Program-made: the position numbers and the translations under genes
The notes under the pieces: generated by a model
Database searches by the model: none
What the model saw: the letters and a program-made list of their open reading frames with translations, nothing else
Told to the model about the DNA's origin: nothing
Origin: the human T2T-CHM13v2.0 reference genome, Homo sapiens
Length of the DNA: 64,000 nt
Assembly (NCBI RefSeq): GCF_009914755.1
Contig: NC_060936.1
Strand: one strand, 5' to 3'
Part shown: piece by piece, positions 14,125 to 26,290 of the stretch
Position numbering within the stretch: position 1 is the first letter of the stretch
Layout of the letters: each line of letters starts with the position of its first letter

Positions 14125-14557
14125 CAGTAGACCTTTGACCAACACATGGGTTTGAACTGCGCAGGTCTACTAATACAGTGATTTTCTCCCATCTTTGCCA
14201 CCCCTGAGACAGAAGGCGAACCCCTCCTCTTCTTCCTCAGCATACTCAATGTAAAGACAATAAGGATGAAGACTTTCATGATGGTTCACTTCTACTTAAC
14301 AAATAGTAAATATATTTTCTCTTCATTATGATTTTCTTAATAACATCTTTTCTCTATCTTACTTTAAGAATACAGTATATAATACACGTAACATACAAAA
14401 ATATGTGTGTTAATTGATTGTTTCTGTTATTGGTAAGGCTGCCTGTCAACAGTAGGCTATTAATAGTTAAGTTTTGGGGGAGTCAAAAGTTATGCATGGA
14501 TTTCTTATTGCACAGGGCAACCGCACCCCAACCTTCATGCTGTTCAAAGGTCAACTA
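14125..14557 (+). mobile_element. Tigger2a-like (TcMar-Tigger) non-autonomous DNA transposon
   Basis: TIRs cagtagacctttgaccaaca / tgttcaaaggtcaacta, upstream TA; internal gccacccctgagacag and ttttgggggagtcaaaagtta. Confidence 0.85.
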
Positions 14558-16859
14558 CAATTCATCCCAATCCCATAGTGATTTAAGATTTTAACAGCCT
14601 TGGGGAAGACCTCCTGTTGACAAAGAATTTTGCACCCTTTAGACAAATGAGGTTTCATTCTTGATCACATGCTTTTCAAAGGTTGAGTTTTGAAAAATAA
14701 GATCAGACAGTAAAGGCTGAGACTGGACCAAGGGAATTGTTGACAAAGCCACAGCTAGCCCTATGGAGTCTTCAGGCAAAGCACAAAATAATCATTATCA
14801 TCATCATAGTAACAATGGCACCCCCCTCTTTGCAGATAAAGCCCCGTGGTAGGACTTAGTCTAGCCATTAAATGCACCAAAATTTTAGCCTCTTCCTATC
14901 CCCTTGGCTTGGAGTCATGTGTAAGGTATAACATCAAACTTACATGGTAGCCCTGATTGTGGGCACCTTGCCCTGGAGTACATAGTATATAGTGAACATA
15001 GAAACTAGATTCTGGAGAGTGACATGGAAATATAGGCTGTGGGTGTAGTACACACCATTTTTAGGAATTTAACCATGCATGAGACACAAGAGACGGAGCA
15101 GCAGCCAGATAGGTCAGCAGAGTCAAGTGTTGACTTTTTCTCCCCCTAAATAATTAGAGAGATCTGGGAAAGCTTAGAAACAGAGGAAGAGGGTGTGGAG
15201 GTGAGGAAGTAGGCTTAACACACACAGTAGTCAACTTTAAATTCAAAAGCATCAGCTCCTAATTCTAATCTTCTCTTCAAGGAAAACAAAATCATCTAGG
15301 ATGAAAAGTTTCTTTTTATCTAAGAAGATATAAACCCAATTCCTCTCTCAATAAGTACCAAGTCTCAAATTTGAATAAAATAACTTATTATTTGTGTATG
15401 ATTATAAAACTGATTCCTCCATTTGTCATTATCAGCCACTGATTTCAGAAGCCCAAGAGTAACAATGGGAAAATGGATTTTTAACCTATAGAGTACATAG
15501 ATTATTGCATTTTATTAAAGTGTAGCTTGTAGACAAGCTTCTTAAAGTTTCAACAAACTGTTCAAAACCAAAAACTGTATATTTTTTGTCAACTCCTGTT
15601 TTAACTGTCTCCTAGGTAAAAGCACAAAAGTGCATCTGCTGGTAACTCTTCCCTTCCTCTGGTACCTAAAAAATCCAGGAGATGAACAAGTTATATTTGA
15701 TGTATCCAAACATTAGCAATTTCATTATAAATAAATGCTCATAATTTTTAAGTATAGATTAACATAGTAAATTCTTTAAAAGATTAACCTTAGTAATAAC
15801 CAACAGGAATAAAGAGAGTTAGGGTTTTAGTTAACCGCATATTTCATGTTTTATCATGGTTACCATTTCAGAAGACTCATTGAATTTTTAGGAACCCGCC
15901 AGTCTAGTCAAAAGAAATCACAAATCCTTAACTAACATATGCTAACTTTTCTTTGAGGAACAAAAGAAGCATCTTTGTTTGTTCCTCACCAGCAAACACT
16001 GAGCCATCTAAAAGGAGTCCTTTCAGTGGTAATGTTAGCAGGGAAATTCAATTGTATTTAATTAAGTTCTTCCCCAAAAAACTGCACACAGAAGCATCAA
16101 AGAGGTTATCAGAGGTCAGAGGCCTGTCATGACTTTCTGACCCTCCCAAAATGCAAAATAAAAGATAGTGGTATCCCTGCTGGTAAGATGGGCTTCCACA
16201 TTTGTGTCTCTCCCTTTCTGCTTTAATTTAATAGCAATCAGCACAATATGGCTGCTTTTTTCTGAACAATAGGACGGGCAGAAGTTAGATTTACAATGCT
16301 GCAAGGGGGAGGACAGGAGACAAGGAAGGCTCACTATGGCTTTTAAGGTTCAATAAGAACATCACTTTGATACCCATAAAAAAAACTTGAAAATCTATTT
16401 AACATTCATTGTGGTCAAAAATGGATAGATGTGCACTTCTCAAATCTCGTATTCTGGAATTATCTTAAATTATCAACTTTTTAATAGATCTTTTTTAAGA
16501 TGAGTATGCAGATAAATAAGATTTTTTCCCTACCAAAAAATAATTATGATATCATGTCATGCACCTAGCAGTTCCTTGACTTTAAAATAATGTATTCAGT
16601 ATTTTCATCATGATTCTTATTTTCTAAATTTTGTAATTTTCACAAGTCTACTAACAATCTTATATTGAGCACAATACACTAAGATGGTCAGAAGTACTAA
16701 ATGTGTTTTATGAAACCAGGCAAAAGTTAATTAACCCAAATGTTATTTAGAGTCTTGAATGTCTAATTGCAAATGAGTCCCAGACATGGAACTTACTTCC
16801 TGAGACATTTCATGTTTAGGAAATTACATTCCTAAGTGACACCGTAAGGAGAATCTCAG

Positions 16860-17240
16860 AATCTGGGGCCCAGAATACATCTTAAAGATCATTTAATCCA
16901 ACATGCCAGCTGATGTTTGAATTCTCCCGTAACTCTCCTACCCCACTGTCATCCAGTCAGTAGTTGCATAATTCTGCAAAGACTTCAAACTCAACTGTTT
17001 CTTGCAGCCACCCACTTCCAGGGAGACAATATTTTCAGAAGGAAAAATTGAAGAGCCTAAACTAAAAGGAGGCTTAATTTTGAGGTCAAGAACCCCAAAT
17101 GTTAATCCTGCTTCTCCAATCAATTTAGGATCTTCAGTAATCCATTTAATCTCTATGCTTGTCTGAAAAAGAAGCAAAAATATTTGTGTGATCATCTGTG
17201 AGTCAAGACCCTTGTGTTCCAATTTGTATGCTTTCTCCTA
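16860..17240. mobile_element. Possible L3/CR1 relic
   Basis: cttaaagatcatttaatccaac and gtcatccagtc motifs resemble L3; very degenerate. Confidence 0.35.
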
Positions 17241-18269
17241 TAGAATTTTTAAGTCAGGATAGCTTAAATGCCAACTTAGGCCAAGTGGGGAGTGGCTCCC
17301 TGGAGATGCTTCCAGGTTTCATAAGAAAGAGGCCTTGACTGACTGGCATGATTGTCATGGCCACAAGCAAGCCCCAGGATGGATGGGGAATATCTACCCA
17401 TACTTCAACCATCTTTGCTCTAGGTAATGCCTTGGAAAGAGCTGCCAGAAGAACATTTGGAACTGCAACTTTATTCCAGCAAGAATAGCATGGAAAGCAG
17501 GGCAGGTGAAAACAGAGGAGTTATTCCCAGGGTGGTTCTATTCTTAGGGATCAGAGCAGTCTCACCTTTGTCCTTTCAGATTAACAAATCAGATTAAAAG
17601 TAGAAGACTCTGTATGTTCATGTCTATTCACACTCTTGAAAGCCAGCCATAAGGAAAGCGGGAAGAGAAATCAACGGTTACTGAGCACATCTCAGCAACT
17701 GTATAGAGTAGCTACTGTCATCTCTATTTAGATAAAAAAGCTGACTGAAAGATTAGATGATAGGTCCAAGGATACTCAGTTACCAAGCAAGGAGGATTTG
17801 AACCAAGATGTGTGCCCAAAGTGCCTCCAAATATACCCCAATAACTTTTACTATTATTCTTAATTTCCTTCAAGGCATGTGTACAGAAAAATACTAGAGA
17901 GCAGTTGTTTCCATCCTCCCTTGTCCATGCTGTAGTGCATTGCACACCTGCAGATTCATTTGCCAGCCTTATCATCATATCAAGCTAATATGCAGCTAAT
18001 TTGCTCTATATATAAAAAACTATCTCTTTTAGTAATGACATTATTCTAATAGAACTATATAGCTAATTCTATTAATATTAATATGCAAAAGTTTTAAAAA
18101 ATCATAATCAAAAGGGAACTTACTGTCAATTTTATTATGCAAAACTGTAGCAGTGTATTCTTACCATGACACTCTACTTTTTTTCATTTGATATAATGTT
18201 GTCAGATACAATATAGTTACTATGCAGAAGTAAAAGCACAGAAAGTAAAATTGTGATACAAACAATTAT

Positions 18270-18632
18270 TGCTATAATCTGAATGTTTGTATCTCTCCAA
18301 AACTCATGTGTTGAAATCTAATTCCCAACCCCTTAATACCATTAAGAAGTGGGGTCTTTGGGAAGTGACTAGGTCATCAGGGTGGAGCCCTCATGAATAG
18401 GATTAGTTCCCTTATGAAAAAGAAGCCAGGGGAGCTTGTTATCTTCTTCTGCCATGGGAGGAACACAGAAAGAAGGCATCTCTGAGGCAGAAAGCAAGCC
18501 CTCACCACTGAATCTATTTGTGCGTTGATCTTGGACTTCCCATCCTCCAGGACTACGAGCAATAAATGTCTGTTGTTTATAAATTACCCTATCTAAAGTA
18601 TTTTGTTACAGCATCCTGAACAGACTAAAACA
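18270..18632 (+). mobile_element. MaLR solo LTR (MSTD/MLT1A-like)
   Basis: tgctataatctgaatgtttgt...gggtggagccctcatgaat...aataaatgtctgttgtttataaattaccc...gactaaaaca. 5-bp TSD attat at 18265-18269 and 18633-18637. Confidence 0.85.
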
Positions 18633-19191
18633 ATTATGTATACATGTGTGCACATGCATGCACACAAACACACACACACATACACAGAGGGAGACAGGCA
18701 GAGAGAAAGAAATTGACTTAAAAAGTTTATTTGAAGGCTATAACATACTTCTACTCTAAATATGTTATAGAGGAGCCCAAGATGGTTACCAATGCAATGA
18801 TCACTGGCAACTAATTACAATGATCTGAGTTAGTAGAGCATAAAGTATACTACACTCAACAAAGGTGCCACATCAGGACTTGCAACCAAGGCGGCAAAAC
18901 ACCATCTGATAACCCAGGATAAAGCACATTTTCTGAAACTCTTTCTGAAGACTCACATTTTAACTGAGTTTAAATTTTTAACCTTGGAATCAGCACAAGT
19001 AAAATGTCATAGTTCAGAACTGAAATGAGAAATATATTGAACACCAAGCCCATTTTTATTAAACTGCATTTCAACTAAACACTAAGATTGTTTTACCTCC
19101 GCTAAACAGTAATAACCAAATAAATAATATTGTGATATACACACATGTGACGGTGTTCATCAGGTAAACTGGAATAAAATTTGAAAGAGAC

Positions 19192-19413
19192 AGCTGGGCG
19201 CAGTAGCTCACGCCTGTAATCCCAGCACTTTGGGAGGCTGAGGCAGGCAGATCACCTGGGGTCAGGAGTTCGAGACTGGCCTGGCCAACATGGCAAAACC
19301 CTGTCCCTACTAAAAATACAAAAATCAGCTGGGCATGGTGGTGGGCACCTCTAATCCCAGCTACTCAAGAAGCTGAGGCAGGAGAATCACTTGAACCTGG
19401 GAGGCAGAGGTTG
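19192..19413 (+). mobile_element. AluS (Sx-like), 3'-truncated, no poly(A)
   Basis: gatcacctggggtcaggagttcgaga...ggccaacatggcaaaacc; ends abruptly at ggaggcagaggttg. Confidence 0.9.
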
Positions 19414-19448
19414 GCTTACTACAACTTACTGCAAACCTAAATTGCAGT

Positions 19449-21760
19449 AATCTCCAGACTGCTTTCTACAGTCTGAGATGGCATCTCACCATGGTTTTGA
19501 TTTGCATTTCTCTGATGATTAGTGATGCTGGGCATTTTTCATATATTTATTGGCTCCTTATATGTCTTCTTTTAAGAAGTATTTGTTCATATACTTTGCC
19601 CATTTTTAATGATGTTATTTGTTTTTTCTTGTTAATTTAAGTTCCATATAGATTCTGGATATTTAGCCTTTGTGGGATGCATAGTTTGCAAATATCTTCT
19701 CCCATTTTGTAGGTTCTGTTTACTCTGTGGATAGTTTCTTTTGCTGTGCATAAGCTCTTTAGTTTAATTAGGTCCCACTTGTCTATGTTTTGTTTTGTTG
19801 CAATTGCTTTTGGAAACTTAGCCAAAACTTATTTGCCAAGGCCAATGTCAAGAAGAGTATTTCCTAAGTTGTCTTCTGGATTTTTATGGTTTGAGCTGTT
19901 ACATTTAAATCTTTGATCCATTTTGAGTTAATTTTTGTACATGGGTGAAAGCTGGTGAAAGTATCTTCAGCATATAGCTAGCCAGTTATCCAAGCACCAT
20001 TTATTGAATAAGGAGTCCTTTCCCCATTGCTTCTTTGTCAGCCTTGTTAAAGATCAGATGGCTGTAGGTGTGTGGCTTCATTTTTGAGTTTTCTATTCTG
20101 TTCCATTGGTCTGTGTGTCCATTTTTGAACCAGCACTATGCTGTTTTGCCTACTGCAGTTTTACAGTATAGTTTGAAGTCAGATAGTGTGATGCCTCCAG
20201 CTTTGTTCTTTTTGCTTAGGATTACTGTGACTATACAAGCTCTTTTTTCATTCCATATGAATTTTATTTTGGTATTTACTCTATTATTATTATTATTATT
20301 TCAATAGTTTTGGGGGAACAGGTGGTGTTTGGTTTTATGGTTAAGTCCTTTAGTGGTGATTTCTGAGATTTTGGTGCATCCATTACCTGAGCAGTGTGCA
20401 CCGTACTCAGTGTGTAGTCTTTTATCCCTCACCCATCTCCCACCCTTCACTTCAAGTCCCCAAAGTCCACTGTATCATTCTTATGCCTTTGTGTCCTAAT
20501 AGCTAGGCTCCCACTTATAAATGAGAACATGGGATGTTTGGTTTTCCATTTCTAAGCTACTTCACTTAGAATAATGGTCTCCAACTCCATTCAGGTTGCT
20601 GCAAATGCCATTATTTTGTTTCTTTTTTATGGCTGAGTAGTATTCCATGGTGTGTGTGTGTATGTGTATATTATATATACATCATTATAATTTTCTTTAT
20701 CCACTCATTGGTTGATGTACATTTAGGCTGGTTTCATATTTTTGCAATTGTGAATTGTGCTGCTATAAACATGCATGTGAAAATGTGATTTTCTTTTCTT
20801 CTGGGTAGATACTCAGTAGTGGGATTGCTGGATCAAATGGTAGTTCTACTTTTAGTTCTTTAAGGAATCTCCATATAGTTTTCCACAGTGGCTGTACATT
20901 CCCACCAGCAGTGTAAAAGTGTTCCCTTTCACCACATCCATACCAATATCTATTTTTTTTTATTTTTTCATTATGGCCATTCTTGCAGGAGTAAGGTGGC
21001 ATCACATTGTGGTTTTGATTTGCATTTCCCTGTTAATTAGTGATGTTGAGCATCTTTTCATATGTTTGTTGGCCATTTGCATATCTTCTTCTGAGAACTG
21101 TCTATTTATGTCCTTAGCCCACTTTTTTATGGGATTGTTTGTTTTTTTCTTGGTGATTTGTTTGCGTTCCTTGCAGATTCTGGATACCAGTCCTTTCCCA
21201 GATGCATAGAATCATTTTTCCAATTCTGCAAAGAATAACATTGGTAGTTTGATAGGAATAGCATTGAATCCGTACATTTCTTTGGGTAGTATGGCCATGT
21301 TTATTATATTGATTCTTTCAATCTATGAGCATGGAATATTTCCTCATTTATTTGTGTTGCATCCGATGTTTTTAAGCAGTGTCTTACAGTTCTTCTTATA
21401 AAGATCTTTCACTACCTTAGTTAGCTGTATTCCTAGGTATATTTCATTTTCTTTGTGGCTATTGTAAGTAGGATTGTGTTCTTGATTTCACACTCATCCT
21501 AGAAGTTGCTGCTGTATAGAAATACTACTGATTTTTATACATTAACTTTGCATCCTGAAACTTTACTAAAGTTGTTTATCCAATCCAGGGGCCTTTTGGC
21601 AGAGTCGTTCTAGACTCAGAATCATATTGTAAGTGAAGAGAGATAGTTTAACTTCTTTTCCTATTTGGATGCCTTTTATTTCTTTCTCTTGCTTGATTGC
21701 TCTGGCTAGGACTTCTAGTATTATGTTGAATAAGAGTGGTGAGAGGGGCATCCTTGTCTT
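19449..21760 (-). mobile_element. Old primate L1 (L1PA13-16/L1PB-like) ORF2 segment, 3' end lost, interrupted by L1PB1
   Basis: Reverse ORFs match ORF2 ([19 protein letters not shown]; [26 protein letters not shown]). Host sequence ccatatgaatttta|gaatc is split at 20266/21208. Confidence 0.85.
20267..21207 (-). mobile_element. L1PB1-like 3' fragment nested in older L1
   Basis: L1PB 3'UTR in reverse (tttgggggaacaggtggtgtttgg, gtggtgatttctgagattttggtgc, aagtccccaaagtcca); ORF with [20 protein letters not shown]. Confidence 0.85.
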
Positions 21761-22426
21761 CAAAGATACAGAATAGCAGTCTGGATAAAAAGATAAGGCT
21801 CAACCATCTGTTGTCTTCAAGAGACCTGTCTTACATGTAACAACACCCGTGGGCTCAAAGTAGAAGGATAGAGAAAGATCTACCATGAAAACAGAAAACA
21901 ACAACAAAAAAAGAGTAGAGACAGCTATTCTTATATTAGGAAAAAAAAAATACTTTAAACCATAAGAATTAAGAAGGATAATGAAAGACATTACATAATG
22001 ATAAAAGGTACAATCTAATAAGAAGCCTTGAATATCCTAAATATATACACACCCAACAGTGGTGCACCCAGATTCATTAAACAAGTTCTTCTTGGCCTAA
22101 GAAATGACTTAGAAAACCACACAATACTACTGGGAGACTTCAACACCCCACTGACAGCATTAGACAAATCATCAAGGCAGAAAACTAACAAAGAAACTCT
22201 GGACTTAAACTCAACAATTGACTAACGATTGGACTTAATAGACATTTAGAGAACACTCCACTCAACCACCACAGAATATATATTCTTCTCATCTGCACAC
22301 AGAACATATTCTAAGATCAGCCACATGCTCAGTCATAAAGCAAGTCTCGATTAATTTTTAAAAACTGAAATCATACCAAGAACACTCTCAGATCACAGTG
22401 CAATGAAAATAGAAATCAATATCAAG
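21761..22426 (+). mobile_element. Inverted L1 ORF2 endonuclease segment (5' inversion of the 19449-21760 element)
   Basis: ORF 22028-22225 [19 protein letters not shown]...GDFNTPL is the L1 EN domain; it abuts the minus-strand L1 directly. Confidence 0.85.
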
Positions 22427-23273
22427 TGCTTTTGATTTTTAAGATAGCTGCGGAATAATGTTCTGCAAAATGCCATGACCGCCTGAGACTCATGCTTTAC
22501 AGTAACATATGCTTTCAGAGTTTAATTTGGTTTTAAACAGGAGTAAATGTGCCAAAAATCAGACTGTAAGATATTCATAATTAGGGACAGAACACAATAG
22601 TCACCTTACGTGAAGAGCAATTATTTAACATGAATTCATGAATTGCTTGATGGTGTTTTCTTGTGGAGACAGGCACAGCTGCCATGCTGATAAAGTGCCA
22701 AATTTTATTCTGTTTTTCCCTCCTGTTTCCAAGAAGAAAAAACTCTCTGCCTTTTTCTGTAGGTTTCCTCATTCTTTTCAGATGGGTCTACATGATTTAG
22801 CAGGTGATTACTGAGGCACCATTGTCTTTGTTTAGTGGGTTTTTTTTTTTATTGGCCTTTCTGCAACTGAGTGTGTATACGTGTATACATGTGCAACTTG
22901 TGCAACACATGGGTCTGTGTGCTAGGTGTCATTTTGGTTGCTTGTTTTCATTTTAATCAAACTTTATGTCATTCTGTAGGGGTATGCACATTTTCATAAA
23001 ATAATGCAAAAATTCATATAAAAAGTAATGTAGGTTAAAAAAAAAGGGTTGTGACTCCCAGTTTTTCAGTTGATTTGGAGAGCTGGTGAAGCTCGCAAAA
23101 TCTGAGAGAACATTCTGTGAACCAAAAGGTTTAGTGCATTATAGGGAATGGGAGAAGTGAGTGGCCCACTGCACTGGGCAGAGCTCAACATATTGGAAAA
23201 ATATACACATTTTCTTGAGAGCCTGGAAATCCAGTGATGGCCAGAGAGCAACTCCACAGAGAGATTTAGATTG

Positions 23274-23544
23274 GTTATTTTCAACAAGGCAATACAGGAA
23301 TGATAAATTCATGGGAATAAAACATCCTCTTGAGACTGAAGAAAGCATTAAAGCATCCCACCCGAGACCACCACCAAAAAGGATTGTGTTTATTCACATA
23401 CATGCTACATTTATTACTATATGCAAGACAGTTAAAAAAAAAGAGTTTGCTTCCAGGAATACAAAGATAGATATTTTTGCCCTGACGTAACTATTTTACA
23501 AACACTCTATTTTCTCTATTAAAAGGATCTCCTGTTCCATACTT
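23274..23544 (+). repeat. Inverted repeat arm 1 (partner 25204-25470)
   Basis: Manual alignment gives ~6 substitutions and 2 small indels in ~270 bp. The shared peptide in ORFs 23161+ and 25278- reflects this duplication. Confidence 0.95.
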
Positions 23545-24079
23545 TACATAATTCTGATTTTATCTTCTTTCAACTCAATGACCTTGAGAACTGACACAGA
23601 GTTCTTCACCTCTGTTTTAGTCTTCTAAACCTTGAATAGTATGCTTCAAAGCAAGCTTTGCAACTGAGTTAAATGTTTGTTTTTACACTAGTTGCACAAA
23701 AGATATTATAACTAGTATGTGCAAGGAGAATGGATTGATGTAATTTTATTAAGAGAAAGGGCCTATCCTTCCCTTATTTTCAAACATGGACTTTGATAAT
23801 TGTGTCTTCTCTCCATACCTTCCCTATCTCACTGTAATAAAAGCTATCTGAATGTACCAGTCCAGGAAGAGTTTGTTTGAATACATAAATTATTCTCTTC
23901 AATATTTAGGAGACAGTCAACATTGAACATAAACTAAAAAGAGTAACATAGGCATAACTTCCCTCTTCTGTCTCTGAAATACAAACAATACTTGAGTAAT
24001 TTTAATGGGAAAATCCCCCCCACTTAACTGTGGCAAAGTTTGTATGCTGTAAGTGATTTAAAGGGTAAACCTAATTATC

Positions 24080-24690
24080 TTGTAGCACTAACCAGTCTCC
24101 CTCTTCTCTCATATTGCTCTCATCCAATCCATCCCCTAAAATGACCTGGATTGATCTTCCTAAAGAATAGTTAAACTTCATGTTATTTTCCCTGCTCGTA
24201 AATCACCAGAGGTTCTTCATACTCCTCCATTTGGCATTTAAGAGCTTCAGCTCCTTTATCCAAACCATCTTTCAGCCTTAGCCTCCATATTCCCCTGCAC
24301 ACACCTTTTCACACACCTCATTGTTCCCTTTGCACTTTACACTTTCCCATGTGTATGGCAGCATCCATACTTTGTCTCTTGCCTTCCACTCTCTTCTCTC
24401 CTATCCGCATCCAGGTCCCAATCTTAATTACCTAAGAGACTGCTATTAACCTTTAAGCACTTTGAGAAGATAAACTATCTTAATTATTTTTGAATCCTCT
24501 CAGTACCTGGAAAGTTATACTGGGTAGACGTTTGCACAAGATTTGCCAGATAGATAAATGGATGGATGCAGAAATGGATAGGATAAGAAGTGGTTGGACT
24601 GATGAGTGAGTGGATAGAAAGATAATGAATCACTGGATAAATGGGTGAATGTATGCAGGAGTCAATGGTTAGATTAATTAATGAATGGCA
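24080..24690 (+). mobile_element. L2 relic with degenerate (TGGA/TGAA)n tail
   Basis: ccaatccatcccc...gatcttcctaaa..., taagcactttgag...tttttgaatcctc...ggatggatg tail. Confidence 0.55.
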
Positions 24691-25203
24691 TTATTAACAT
24701 GAGATTTAAGTAACAGAAACCAGATTTTACAAAGTTAGTTGACACTGAAGAATTCTGGCAAAGAATATCCATTAACTCTTTAATTCTGTCTAATTCAACT
24801 TTGTTCATAGAGACATTTTTAAAAGATAACTTTGCTATTCTACCCTACGGCCAAGAGCTATTTAGAATAACTTCTTATTTCTACCACTAACATAGAAATG
24901 GTATTTAAATTATTTCTAAAGTACTACCAGATCTATTTCTAAAGTACTACCTAACCAAATCCTCCTTTCACTGACTGGAGAAATATTTGTTCTTTTAATG
25001 GAGTAATCCTCACATTGGAAAAATTCAGGGTTTTGGAATTATCAATTCGTGAACACAGGTGTCCTAGAATCCAAATCAAAGGACATGAAAGCCAGATACC
25101 AGCAGGCATGCCGTATTCTAGATAGGATCATACGGCCTACTCTTATCTAACATATAATGCTAAGAAGATAATCTGATCTTCTTACGGAAGATCAGAAGTA
25201 TGG

Positions 25204-25470
25204 AAGCATGGAGCAGGAGATCCTTTTAATAGAGAAAATAGAGTGTTTGTAAAATAGTTATGTCAGGGCAAAAATATCTATCTTTGTATTCCTGGAAGCA
25301 AACTTTTTTTTAACTGTCTGCATATAGTAATAAATGTAGCATGTATGTGAATAAACACAATACTTTTTGGTGGTGGTCTCGGGTGGGATGCTTTAATGCT
25401 TTCTTCAGTCTCAAGAGGATGTTTTATTCCCATTAATTTATCATTCCTGTATCGCCTTGTTGAAAATAAC
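25204..25470 (-). repeat. Inverted repeat arm 2 (partner 23274-23544)
   Basis: Reverse complement of 23274-23544 at ~97% identity. Confidence 0.95.
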
Positions 25471-25779
25471 AAGCCCCAGATCATGAGCAGCTACTGTGAT
25501 ACAGGAAGAGGGGCCAGTTCAAACCAGTGTCATCACTGCAATAAACACTAACAGTTTACAATCAACAGATAGGCAGAAAAAAATGCTTTTAAAACTATTT
25601 TAGGAAGCTCATTTTCTGTATGTAACATTCCGTTAAATTTTTTTTTTTTTTTGGTAGCCATATTACACAGTTCGCTTATCTTATATCTACTATTGACAAA
25701 GGTCTGCACTTCTTTCCACATGTGCTTCTGGTAGTCTCAGCCCATCAGGGAAAAAGAATTAAACAGATGAGTCCTGAAC

Positions 25780-26290
25780 AGCTGTACTAGAGGGGAAAAA
25801 TCTAAGTCAGTCTTGGGATATCATGGGAAGCTCCCCAAAGAAAGAGCCATCCAAACTTAGATCTGGATGAAAGTTAAATGAGAATATGAGGTAAGGCAGG
25901 AAGAGCTGCACGTACAAATGCTATCATCTTTCAATGATGGCACATTCAGAGAACCACAGGGAGTTCAGTGAGATGGCAGGCTAAAGAGGAAACAGAGTTT
26001 AAGGCAGATAAAAGGAGAGGCAGCAGGGTTGAGATGGCAAAGAACCTTAAAAAAATTGTAAAGGAGTTTGGAATTTATTCTGAAGGCAATAAGGAGTCAT
26101 CATGTTTTAAGCAAAGGTGTAAATTTTTAAGCCAAGATACGTTTTATACTTGATCTTAGCCAAAAGTGGTCCAAGATAGGTTTTAGAAAGGTCACCTTGG
26201 GCCCCAGGTGGAAGTTGTTATGGGATAAAACAGACTAGAGGAGAATCAGGACATAGAGGAGATGGGTGACGAGACAGGAAGCAGAGAGGA
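25780..26290 (-). mobile_element. L2 fragment (host of U2 insertion)
   Basis: gtaaaggagtttggaatttattctgaaggcaataaggagtca...ttttaagca...gttttagaaaggtcacc. Confidence 0.7.
26145..26170 (-). pseudogene. Tailless U2 snRNA retro-fragment (U2 nt ~14-35)
   Basis: Reverse complement cttttggctaagatcaagtata matches U2 CTTTTGGCTAAGATCAAGTGTA at 21/22. 15-bp TSD ccaagatacgtttta (26132-26146) / ccaagataggtttta (26171-26185). Confidence 0.85.

Noticed and set aside
22760-22810. Possible plus-strand microexon ttttcag|atgggtctacatgatttagcag|gtgatt
   Set aside because: Weak donor, no partner exons identified; such motifs occur by chance.
23274-25470. DNA transposon with long TIRs
   Set aside because: No TSD at the outer ends and no transposase; the interior contains an L2 much older than the arm divergence.
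23161-25484. Two ORFs sharing the peptide MGIKHPLETEESIKASHPRPPPK as a duplicated gene
   Set aside because: The similarity is simply the DNA inverted repeat. Frame-breaking indels differ between copies and I recognise no protein.
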